DNA of 64,000 nucleotides, from the NCBI RefSeq assembly GCF_009914755.1, contig NC_060932.1; one strand, 5' to 3'. The position numbers and the translations under genes were made by a program. Below the pieces are notes generated by a model that was given only the letters and a program-made list of their open reading frames with translations, had not been told where the DNA came from and did not search any database. Source of the stretch: the human T2T-CHM13v2.0 reference genome, Homo sapiens. Of this stretch, positions 13,340 through 24,978 are shown piece after piece. How positions within the stretch are numbered: position 1 is the first letter of the stretch; each line of letters starts with the position of its first letter.

Positions 13340-15000
13340 CAGCATTGCTCATGCAAGCATTGTTATTGATTATGCAAAACAAATCTGCCTGTTATGGTGC
13401 ACATATTGCAAAAAGAGATGCTATATTATGTGGACTGTGTTCTCTGTTGATGAAAAACATGTACCTGCTCACAGCTCTGATTCCAAAGGCCCAATTTACT
13501 AAAAATTAGTGATCCATCAGATTAATGGGCATAAAGCAATCTGCACTGTTGGCACCTCGAAATTTCTTGCATCAGTCACCAGATCATGATTTACTAATAG
13601 GGTTTCAGATCTTGCAAAATAGCACAATTCTAACCACATATTAATATTTAATCTGGCATTTTAAGTGCACCTAACAAAAGACCCTAGAGCTGCTGACAGG
13701 ACCCTAAATTGTGAATTTCTTAAAAGGGAATTGAGCAGGTCCGTAGTGATTTCATTAAAAAAATAAAAAGAAAAAGGAAAATAAATGTTTCTACATTTCT
13801 TATGTAGACGTCACAAGCCTGGGCTGTCATTTTTCTAAAAAGTATTTATCATGCATTTTTAGGTGCTTTATTAGAGAATCACAAGACTGGATCTAGCGGC
13901 TGGCTGCAAAATGTACAATTTGATGACAGCCGATGCATTTTGGTTAATAAATTTTATATTAGACAATTTGTTCCTAAAATAATTAATTGGCACTTCCAAA
14001 ATGTTGCTAAATGAGAGATGATACAGCCTATAAATCACTTGAATCACCTTATTTCTTGCTTTTAAGTAACTAAATCTGTTCTGTAGTAGTGAGTTGAAGC
14101 TTCTCAGTAGGCAAGCATGTTTGCTCTACAATCTCAGGTTCATAGCTCTAGATTACCATCAATGCCAAATTCCAGAGATATCCAGATCCATTTCAAATCA
14201 GAAAGTTCAAAAGAAGGGAGAGTGACCTTACCTGCTGATGTTATCAATTATATGCAATTATTATATTTAACCAATATGATGAATACACCAAATAGGTGTT
14301 GCATTACTTCCATTTGTGAAAAACGTCATAATTTATGAAAGATATTTCTGTAATAACAGGATGCCACCTGTAATAACAGAATGTTTATTAGTGCACAAAT
14401 GAGCGTTATAAATGATGTTGCTTATCTATGGAACAAAACACAAAAGACAACTTATTAGCCAAAGATAAATTGCCCAGCACAATCTCAATGAGATGCTAGG
14501 TTTGTCATGAAAAAAAAAAAAAGCTTTTTATTTGCACAGACCAATGCGTTTATAATCCATTTAAAATAATATACTTGCCACTAGGTGGCTATTTCTGATC
14601 AGATCATTTTACCATTTTAATTACATTTTTAATATCCTGGCTGCATAAACAAAGATAAATTACAAACCCTGCACAATCTGGCTGCTAGCTCAGGCATAGT
14701 CAGTAATAATATCAGCTTTTTTTGGGCCTCCTCTAATTAGATTCTGAAATCTAGGCTTTGTCAATCAATAATTTTAATTTTAGAATCGCTTTTTGATCTT
14801 GCATTTCATGTTTGTTTGGGAAAATGATCAGTAGGACAAAGCTGATAATTTATGCAGAAACAATCTCTCAGCAGAGCTACATGCACATTCCTCCCCATCA
14901 ACAGAAGCCTGCAGACTAAGCTTGACACAGGTCTAATTAGCATGCAGATATGTCGCCTCATTGGCAATTCAAATTGCTTTTATATAATGTACCTCAAATT
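13340..15000. promoter_or_regulatory. Putative conserved non-coding/enhancer block upstream of the promoter
   Basis: No recognisable repeats; dense TAAT/TAATTA homeobox sites, ACAAT/ACAAAG SOX-like sites, TGACAG TALE sites and ATGCA POU half-sites. Conservation is inferred, not measured. Confidence 0.45.
14575..14593 (+). promoter_or_regulatory. CTCF core motif candidate
   Basis: TTGCCACTAGGTGGCTATT matches the CCASYAGRKGGC core. Confidence 0.6.
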
Positions 15001-15419
15001 GTGCTACTCAAACATTGTATTTGATTTCCAAAGCCCCCTGGGCATCCCATAATGTCTCCCTTCATCCTGGGTATGAAGCATTTATTGAACAATCTGCTGA
15101 GACTGGCTGTCTTTTCGAAAACACCCAAACATCGTATTCCTGGGACCAGCTTTTCTTCTTGTCAGAGAGCAACTTGTTCTTCTGCGGAATTCCTTGTGCC
15201 ACATTTGTAGGTTTAGAGATGACATGCTACCTCATGAGTTGCTTCTCCCACGTGGTTGATCTATAGAGGGCTTCACTCCTGTGCCACTCATTTTTAAAGT
15301 GGGGGAGAATGTCTGGTAAGCACACATTAATATGCAGCACATAACCACATCTCTGAATGCCAGTCCTCCATTCTTCATTAAACAAAAATGGCTAGATTGC
15401 AGGGATTGTTTTTCCTTCC

Positions 15420-15810
15420 TCCCACATACATATGCACACACACTCACATTTGCTTTCTTGGGCACACCTACATGCACGCAACCACATTCACGCGCATCTA
15501 CACACCTATGCAAGACACCCACAGCATATCATTGTCAGGATGGAGTTACGTGTGAAAGTTGTCTGCTGCACACATGACAAATAAGGGGATTCCAGCATAC
15601 ACTGGGGCTTTTTAAAAATTCCTTTTTTTAACCATGCAGCAACAAGTGGCAGAATCAATGGTGTACAGTTATTCAGCAATGTAATTCATTTCACTGGCTT
15701 TGGCTCCTAGCCAGATCCGCCATCTGTCTCTAGCTCTCCCTCTCCCCCTCTCTCTCCCTCTCCCTCTCTTTCGCTTGAATTTGTCCTACATTTCGTAATG
15801 TTACGTGCCT
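15420..15810 (+). promoter_or_regulatory. Putative non-CpG-island promoter
   Basis: CA-rich tract 15421-15520, GTTACGTG at 15545 and 15800, a CT-rich polypyrimidine tract 15723-15771 and locally raised CpG, immediately upstream of a strong 5' splice site. Confidence 0.55.
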
Positions 15811-15926
15811 GCCATCCTTATCCTATGCCAGAGGTACAACACCAGTCTCACCCCCATTCCGGCGTGGAGTTCTCTGAGTTCGGTGGCACTTGGGATATTC
15901 CACTTCAGTGCCATGGGAAGAAAATG
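15700..15926 (+). ncRNA. Putative first exon of a spliced transcript (lncRNA or 5' UTR); start approximate
   Basis: Donor ATG|GTAAGC at 15926/15927 next to promoter-like sequence; contains the Kozak GCCATGG at 15910-15916. Confidence 0.6.
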
Positions 15927-16003
15927 GTAAGCAAAAAGCAAAAGGAATAATGCAAAAAAAAAAAAAATTATAATGTTGTGGTATCCAATTGCTCCTGCTT
16001 CAG

Positions 16004-16653
16004 CCTTTTATCCAAAGCCTTGAGATGGATCTGCCTCATCCAGGAAGTTTTCCTGCTTCGTTAGAGTATCTTCGTTTTCTTTATCAGACGCTGGCTGGCA
16101 CTCCACGCCAGTGCACGGCTCCATGGAATGCCTGCTGTTGGACACTTGCAGAGCTCTGCCACCAAGCAACCTCCTGCATTGGAAATCGGGGGACTACTCC
16201 AGGATCTTATGCGTGCTTGCTGTTTGAAGCTGCAGAAAAGTGAATAATCAATTAAGTATTGATTTCTTGTAAGATTTGGTAAATTTCAAAGGCAAGACAA
16301 AGAGGATGGCTTAAGGAAACACTGCAGGGACTTGGCGTAAATTAGACAACTAACGGAAGCGCAGAATAAAATAACACCTCAACTGAAGATTTCCTTGGAA
16401 GAATTAGCACTAGCTATTGGAAGACAATGGTGGATTTAATCAAAACAGCAGGCATGCAAGAATTTTACCCGTGATCCAGAAAAAGGAGCTAATTATAACC
16501 ACCTTTTTAATGGAGCTAATTTGACTGAATGGATGCAAATGTGCTTTATTTATGGATGAAGAAGCAAGCCTTACTGCATGATCTTGGGATCATCGGATCT
16601 GCTAAGCTTTGCAGCTCCTGTTACCTTCAGTACATTTTTTATTTCCGGAGAAG
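16004..16653 (+). ncRNA. Candidate alternative first exon or second exon
   Basis: Acceptor-like TTGCTCCTGCTTCAG| at 16003 (77-nt intron from 15927), donor AAG|GTATTT at 16653/16654, unique CpG-retaining sequence. Confidence 0.4.
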
Positions 16654-17600
16654 GTATTTGTATGTAAACAACAACTAACCATGCAAAAGATTCATCGGAA
16701 CAATATACTGTGGTATATGAGATATAATCATAATTTTGCAGCCTCTCAGGATTTCCTCTAACTTGGAGGTTTTGCAACCTTTGTGTGCAATGGGTTATGG
16801 TAAACAATAAATGAATGATGCTAAAGTGTTGTGATTTTTCAATGTGTAGTTTGTTAATTTTAGCTTTCTTAACATATTGATTCTGAAGTATTTGCAATAA
16901 ATCCATATGAAAGAAAGGGAATTGTTGGGTGGGGTTTTTTTTTTAATGCATTTTCAGTCTTCTTAGAGATCGGAATGTGTAGGTCCCACCAGCCCATGAG
17001 CTCTATAATTATAAAAGAATGGTAAAAAATTTGACAATTTGAAGTACTGGTTTTATAATGGGAACAATGTGTTATAATCAGCAAAAGGAGACTTGTTATG
17101 TTTTCTCTCTGTGTAGAATGTTCTTGAGTGGTTAACTCCTCTGTTGCTGATGAGAAGTAAATACCAGGACTGGCAATAAGCAGAGATTGTAAGGACAATG
17201 CTTTGTTCCTATGCATCCTCCTATTTCAAGCTAAAGTGCATTTTAAGCATTTCCTTCTATTTCTATTATTTTCCTTTCTATTTTTGTTCTTTTCATCATT
17301 TTTTTCTGTCTTGCAATCTACGTTCCCTGAGCAACCATAGGAACCAAGTTACATTAAGCTTCAACACAAAGACCTTGTAAGAATAATGAATCCTCATTTG
17401 CATCGACATTTGTATTCAGATTTGCCAGGCTATAAACTTGGCAGATCAAGCGGAATATTAAGTAGAGGCTTCCATGGTAAATTGTGGCTCTTGAAATTGC
17501 TAACTACCCCCTCCCCTTTTTTTTCTCTCTATCTGTGGTGGCAGGTGAAGTCTCATGACTACTTGCTTCTTAAGAAGCGTATTGGCTCCTTCATCTTTCA

Positions 17601-17709
17601 TTATATGATGCCAGTTTCAAGCAGAAGAGGGGCAAAGCCGGTAGTAGGTGTGCTAGTTGAAGGTACAAAATGACATGTGACTGTAGCATTAATTCTAGAG
17701 TCCATATAT
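17601..17709 (+). repeat. Dispersed direct repeat B, copy 1 (probable donor; copy 2 at 20554-20661)
   Basis: Hand alignment gives about 14 differences over 109 bp. Confidence 0.95.
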
Positions 17710-18302
17710 CACAAGAGGTGTCTTTAAGTAGTTGAAGCTGTAAGAAAATTAATTCTCATGTGTGGGCTAAGGTTTGATCTTTCTGGTATGTTCAAAACGC
17801 ATTAACCTCATGAAAGTTCACACTCATTTTTTAAAGCTTCTAAAGGTTGGAGGAGGACCAAGGTAGCTCTTTACTCACAAAATAATTCAGTTACACCATT
17901 CTGAGTCATCGTCACTGATCTACTCATGCCCATTCTTGAAATATTTTAAATGCCTCATTCTATTAAGCCTCCATGGATTGACTGACTTAATCCTTAGTTT
18001 TGCTTGATTCTGAAATGGTAAAATAGGAACAGTTATACTTACTGCTAGCAAACTTATAAATTCAGCAGTATGACCTATAAGGTCATTTCTACAACACAGC
18101 CAACAATGGGGTGAAAAATGTAGACTTTAATTTCCATGCTTGGTCCACCCTATGTGATGCCAAACAAGTGAGTAATTGGAAACATTTGTGCATAACTTAA
18201 TTTTTCATGCATTACCCCAGTGTTTCAGATTTCTGTAAACAGAGCCTAAATCTATGACCTATTAACAAACTCTCACTTCTTGCCATCCCTTTTTCTCTCT
18301 AG

Positions 18303-18510
18303 AACTTTTCACTAGTGGGGAGCAACAAAACATATTAGAACTAACAAACTTACAATGGACATTTAATAGTGGTTTTCCTTTCTATTCTATTTTTTAAAAT
18401 GTAAATGGAGTACATGATAAAATGTAGACTGAATTTATCATAAAGACATTTTCTTTTGGTATACTGCAAGGAACTATGAACTTTTAGTAACTACTATAAG
18501 CAACTGACAG
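18303..18510 (+). ncRNA. Non-coding internal exon (208 nt)
   Basis: Branch-like ATTAAC/CTCAC, long polypyrimidine tract and TAG| acceptor at 18302; perfect CAG|GTAAGT donor at 18510/18511; stop codons in all three frames. Confidence 0.8.
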
Positions 18511-20553
18511 GTAAGTCTTACTCTAGATTGAGGTAAAGTTTAATTGCATATGGAAAAAATGGGAGAATGTTTCATGAAAGATGCTATACCTTTTTTTGAA
18601 AAGCATACCAGCAAGTATGTAGAATAAGGAGAAATATTTTATAAGTTTCCATAAACTTGTAAAAATATGTATAATAATCTTTCCATAGTGTATACTGGTA
18701 TGATATTAACAAATCACAATGTAGCACATTTTAAAGTGGGGTTTTAGCTATTTTTCTTAGTAACTGAGTTTTAAATCTGAGAAGAAAAATGTAAATTATA
18801 ACTTTTTGGGAAACTATATGCTTGTATTCCACAATCTAACTTTTAAGGAAAATAAACTATTTGATAGTTTGGTGCTAAGTATCTCTACTAATGAAAAACA
18901 AGAGTATTACCACTAACTGGCAATACTGTACTTGTATATTTACTCTTTTATGTGAAAAGATGGAAGAATGATAACTAACATAAAGTTGCCTTGATCTAGT
19001 AATAACAGTAATCTGATTACTATCAGAGTTAGAAACAATATTTAAATGGAACTCTTTTTCTGGGGTCCTAATGATAACATCTGATGACAGAGTATAACCA
19101 TCAACTTCATAACACAATGCAAGCAAAGATTGGAGACTGATATATTAGTTTGAAACAATGTTATTTATCCATGTTAAACAAAGACATGACTGCATCATTT
19201 TTAACACATATTTGCTATTTCACATGAGTCTGAAATTCAATTTATTAGGCTTCAAAATGATATTTTTTCTAATAGATGGTGTTGACCATTTTATTTAAAA
19301 AAGTAAGAATACATTTGGTTATATTCAAAGAATATATTTTGGTTGTAATTCAAATAAGATTTAGAAAGGAAAAGATTTATATTTATACGTTTCTTCAGAA
19401 CTGCCCATCAATTTGAAACTGTCTTCTTTAATAAATGCTAATGATTTGGTTGATTACGTTTGTGCATGTACTTACCATGCAGTTTTGGGAATCAACACAC
19501 TGATGAATCTCTATCAAGAAGAGAAATTATATCATTAGCTCATTTGCTTTCTAAGCAGCAGGAGTGAAAATTCTATCCAAAATAATATTAATGATACTGT
19601 TTTAACATCCACACAGAAAAGCATGTACGATTTCTTATCAGTGTTTTGTAGATATGGTTCATATTTATTGGCTATTATCTCTTCCTTCTGTGTAGGAATA
19701 CAACTGGGTACATATTTTAAACCAGAAAATCAAAACCAAAACCAAAAACAAACTAAAATGCCAACTTAAAACTGAAGTGTCTCATCCAAGTTTGAGAAGG
19801 GAGCAAGCCTATTTGTGCCCCTTGCATAGGAAAATAGTAAGATGACATGAGTTCAGGGCAATTTCTCTGTGTTATCTTTCTGTTTATATTAGAGGATTTT
19901 TTACTAACTGGTCAAAATGCACATTATTGTTACATTTTTCCCACCATAACTTATGTAGCCACTGTTATACTAACTAGTAAGGTTGTTAGCCAGAGGAACA
20001 AGGCCCAGAAAACAGGGCCGAGCATTCCAGGGCCAGTAAGTCCTTGTCCTGTATAGATTAGAGCAGTGGAGCCCCATGTGTGTTAAACTGAGAACTTGAG
20101 CCTTGCTGAATTTAACATTAACATGTTTTGTTGGTCTTTTTAGTAGGGTAGCTGAGGGCTTTGCTGTGTTTATAAAGCACTCAGAATTGTAAGACTTAGG
20201 CCACAACATTTAGAACACACACACATTCATGACTTGACTTTTAAAGTCAGTTTAATATTTTCACTTTTATTAAGAAGGAAATCATCAACAGCACTGTTTT
20301 GATTACATTTTCTTCATTTTCTTCTACCCAAATAACGAACGGGAAATTTCTAGACCTATAAGAATACACATGTACATATCTTTGAATAGATAAAATTATA
20401 AATATAAACATATTTATTTAAGTAGTTATATATAAACTATATAAATATATATAAACAGTATAGATATACAAAATAGTATAATAATTTATTCTCAACTATA
20501 GGAAGATATGTAGATAGATACAGATAGATATATATCTATATACATATAGATAT

Positions 20554-20661
20554 TTATATGACGTCAGTCTCAAGCAGAAGAAAGGAAAGCCAGTAGTAGG
20601 TGCTCTAGTTGAAGACACAAAATGACATGTGACTGAAGCATTAATTCTAGAGGACATATAT
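20554..20661 (+). repeat. Dispersed direct repeat B, copy 2, embedded in TA/GATA simple sequence
   Basis: Matches 17601-17709; flanked on both sides by CATATA(TA)GATATTTA. Confidence 0.95.
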
Positions 20662-22524
20662 AGATATTTACATCTATAGGTGGATAGATAGATATAGGTA
20701 TAATTGCTTTCCTCTCAGATTTTAAATTGTATATACATCATTGCTACTTAGAGAACTATTAACAGTTCATAACTACAAATTCTTTCAATTAAGAATAGAA
20801 AATGTGTGTGTACTTATATGGTATATGTATTTGCGTACATATGCATGACCAAAAGTGTTTGATAGTAAAAATGCATGATTGACATATATAGACATCAAGA
20901 AATGACGAAATCAAAGTAGAAGATAGAAAACATCCCCAAAGCATAGGATCAAATAAAAATTATTCTTACTTTTGGTATCACCTGACAGTCTCTATACTTA
21001 AATAAAAACATAGGTTTAATTTTTATATTTAAATACTTAGTCTGATCCTTTTCATAGTTTGTAGAAGAGACCATTCCAGGAATAAATAGAAAGACTTACT
21101 AATATTTCAGTAATTTTGAGATCACTTGGAAGATTTTACTTTAATCATGAAAAAAACACATATTCTATGACAATTACAATGACATAAGAGAATTAAATTA
21201 ATGTGTATTTAAATCTCTGCCTTAAGAGTTCCTTTTAAATACTAGTTACTTAAAAGTAAATTGGAGCAAGATTTTATACAAGTAATATATACTTTGTGTT
21301 ACCCATTGTTACTGTAAATAATTTTAAATAATCATTCAAAATCTTTTTTAAATACTCTCATTTCTAAATATACTGAAAATTGTTAAGTATAATGATACTC
21401 ATCTAGGTAGCTGTAAGAAAACAATAAAAATTCTTACTTTTATTTCAACTATTATCTTCATCAAACTAGACTACATTCTTTCCCAGACACCTGAGGCATA
21501 AATCAAACATCTCTCTCCCTTTTCTCTCTGCAAGGACTCACCTACAACCAGTTCAATTCTTTTTTTTCAATAAAATATTCACAGATTGACTACTCTCTCA
21601 CCTGTTGGACATTCTGACATTAGTAGGCAAGCCTCAATTTCAGGACCTAACTTGAAATGGACAGCCTCTCAGAAAAACATTTTTTTTTCTAATTTTCTTA
21701 TTTTGATTAATCTTCCAAGATATTGCGCCAGGTTGGTCAGATATAATTTCAGGTGTGGGAAGGGCTTCCTGCCCTAAATTTTAAAATACCACCCAAACAA
21801 CTTCACAGTTTCCTCTGAAGGTGCTACTCACTCCTCCTTTGTTCGTGTAGGTAATCACATCTCAGCTGAGTCAGTTTCACATCTTCAGTCAACGGCCGTG
21901 TTCTTCATTCCTTAGTCCTCTTTCTAAATGAATTTACCTTCTTCCTCTTTCACTAAACTATTTATCATTTTGAATATTTTATACTGTCCCCTAGTCTGCT
22001 CTTTTCGTTGTTATTAATGCTGAAAAGTACCCTTTACTTTAGAAATCCGACCTCTTTCATGAAGCTATACTGATCAAGTAGCTATAAAATATATAAATTA
22101 TATAAATATATAAATCTCATAGCCTGTATGATGATATGGGAAGATGCCAATGAAAGGAAATGTATCATGTACATGTAACTCATGATTGCTGTACATTTTG
22201 CTGTTTGAAAATGAGAGAAATAGTTTTACTTTATAGCTATATATATATATAAAACAATGCAACACAGATGCATGGAGCCTGTGTTTTGTGTTATGCACTT
22301 TTATAGAAGCTTTATGACTATAAAGGTGAGCTAGACAGAGAAGGTAGGCAAACTTTTAAAGTAGTAAACAATACGAAAATCTGCTCAGGAAGATATACAC
22401 AATCTTACAGCTAGACATTTTGTTCATTCTTATGCACATATTGAAGGTCTTTGGGAATTCAAATTACAATTCAAAATGCTACCTAAATAAATCATAACCT
22501 TTCTATTCTAATTTCATTTGGTAA

Positions 22525-23861
22525 CCCTGTGGTGGTTCAACTATCCTTAGCAAATGACAGCTTAGAACAGACTACTTTACGCTATTAAAAATCACTGAGA
22601 TTATAACAGCTTTTGTTTATGCAGATTATAGTTAATCACATCTACCATATTATAAAATAAAATAGAAATTATATTTTAAAATTATTCCTCAATTAATTTA
22701 AAATAACTATAAACACATTAAATGTTAACATAAATAGTATATTATACTAAAACAATTATATTTTTCAAAATGAAAAAGCAAGGAAAATGTCATTGTATTA
22801 CACTTTAGCGAATGTTTTTAACATGGCTTAACACAAGATGCTGAATTTTAATACCTGTTGTTACATTTAGTCTTGCAATATTTTATTTGGGTGAGGTTAT
22901 GAGGAAAATCCACGTTTCCAAAAATATATAATTGAAAAAAATGAAGGACATTTTAGTAGACTTTTCAGTTAATTGTAGATATTCTTCTTTGATAAACCAA
23001 ACATCAACAAGTAGTCATTTCTTTAAAGTTAGTTGCAACAGGGAATGAGAAACCATATCAATGAATATTTCACTCAGGTTAAAATCTATCAACTATCTTG
23101 CATTTTTAATGGATCTTTGACCCATGTATAATTTTGTAGCACCATGAATTGGTCTTTTATTAAATATTGGTTCACTGAGTTATGCAAATTTTGACACATT
23201 TCATTATCTAGTATCAAAAAATAATCACATGTATTAATATAACTTCTATGATCTTATCAGAAATGTCATTAAGTATTGGCAATCTGTCATGCTCATGGTG
23301 GCAGATATAAATTCTCCAAAATTCTAATTCTCCTTGAACATTAAAATGTTATTATTGACCACAAACACTGTGAGTTGTTTCACTTGTTGTAGATATTCAA
23401 GTAGATATTTGTATAAAAGGGGCTATTTCAGCTCAAACTGAATCACACAACTCCTTTACCGCAAAGTAGCCATCACAGTTAGTACTTCGGTATGTAGCAC
23501 AAGTTCTTTATGGGCATTTCCTAGTTTGTGATATAAAGTATTAAAAATATACATAACTAAGAGAAAACATTTAATTAAAGTAATTGCTTCTTCAAAGAGC
23601 AACAACATTATTTTTGTTAGTGGAAATGTATCATCTTTGCCCAAAATGAAGAACACAATGATTTCTAGCAAAGTTTGGTGCTGTTGATTCATGCTAAGAA
23701 GCCAAGACTACTAAGGCTCCAGCATTGCCAGCAAACTTCAACCCAAGAAAAAAAGTAAATAACAAAAGTATTGATATAAAAGTGGTTTTGGACCTCAAGG
23801 ACTCCTTAAAAATATGTCAGGGCTCCTCAGAGGTCTGGGCCTATGCTTTGAGAATCACTAG
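22525..23861 (-). mobile_element. hAT-Charlie DNA transposon remnant (Charlie1-like)
   Basis: Right end GTTTTGGACCTCAAGGACTCC...CTATGCTTTGAGAATCACTAG resembles the reverse complement of a Charlie 5' terminus; internal AGCTTTTGTTTATG and AAAGTTAGTTGCAA motifs. Confidence 0.6.
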
Positions 23862-24795
23862 CCTAGAAAAAACTAAAACATCTATAAATATTTTCTAATC
23901 ATTTACTAATAATCTGATATTCAGTATCACATAAAATTAACTAGAACTCACTACCACCTGTAACAACACCTGTCATTTCTAAATTGTTTTGCAATGCATT
24001 ACATATGTAATTATATATATATACATATGATGTTCTCATAGTGTACATACTTGTTTATATGTATACATATATATTTTGTTTAATCCTTTCAAAAACCCAA
24101 TGCACTATCACCATTTTTTAAAAAGAGAAAATTACAGCTGCATTTAATGACTTTTTCAAGGTCACAAGACCTATAAATGGCAGAATCCAGATTTATATCC
24201 GGATTTTCCGAAGTTTAATGTTCTCATTTTACCATAGCTGTTAAAATAACTCTTTCACAGCCTCCTCTAATTTAAGGAATAGTGAACAAGTCCTGTACCA
24301 TCAGCTTGTTAGCAAGTCTCTATTTAAGCACTATGAGAAAATTATATGTATATGTATAAATCTTATTTCAAGTCCTTTATGGCATGGAAGTCCCACATTA
24401 TTTCATCACTGTTCAAAATTGCACTATAATCATGTGATATTCCTCATCATGACTAGTTTTCTTAACTGCCATAATGATTGATAGCTGATTTGGTCATTAT
24501 ATTGGCTAAAATATCACCAACCAGTTCATGGTCCAGTTATTTCAACCTTGAAAACGACCATTTCAAATCAGTGTTGTGATCTATTCAACTGCATACAGGT
24601 CAGCTTTAACTGTGTTGACTAAGAAAAACTTACCTAAATATTAGGGGGTACAGTAATACAGGGACAGAAGTTTAAAAATAATTTCTGAAATTTATGAAGT
24701 GCTTTTGCATAAAACTTTTCAAGTAAAGGCAACAGAAGCCCTGAATACTAGCCTTGATGCTAACTATTTAGCTATGTTAAAAAAGTGTTTACCAT

Positions 24796-24978
24796 GGCCC
24801 GGGCGCGGTGGCTCATGCCTGTAATCCCAGCACCTTGGGAGGCCAAGGCGGGCAGATCACGAGGTCAGGAGATCGAGACCATCCTAGCTAACACAGTGAA
24901 ACCCCGTCTCTACCAAAAATACAAAAAAATTAGCCGGGCATGGTGGCGGGCGCCTGTAGTCTCAAAAAAAAAAAAAAA
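24796..24978 (+). mobile_element. AluY-like element with most of the right arm deleted; TSD intact
   Basis: Y diagnostics (GATCACGAGGTCAGGAGATCGAGACCATCCT.GCTAACAC); reads ...GCCTGTAGTCTC(A)15; TSD AAAAAGT(G/A)TTTACCAT on both sides. Confidence 0.93.
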
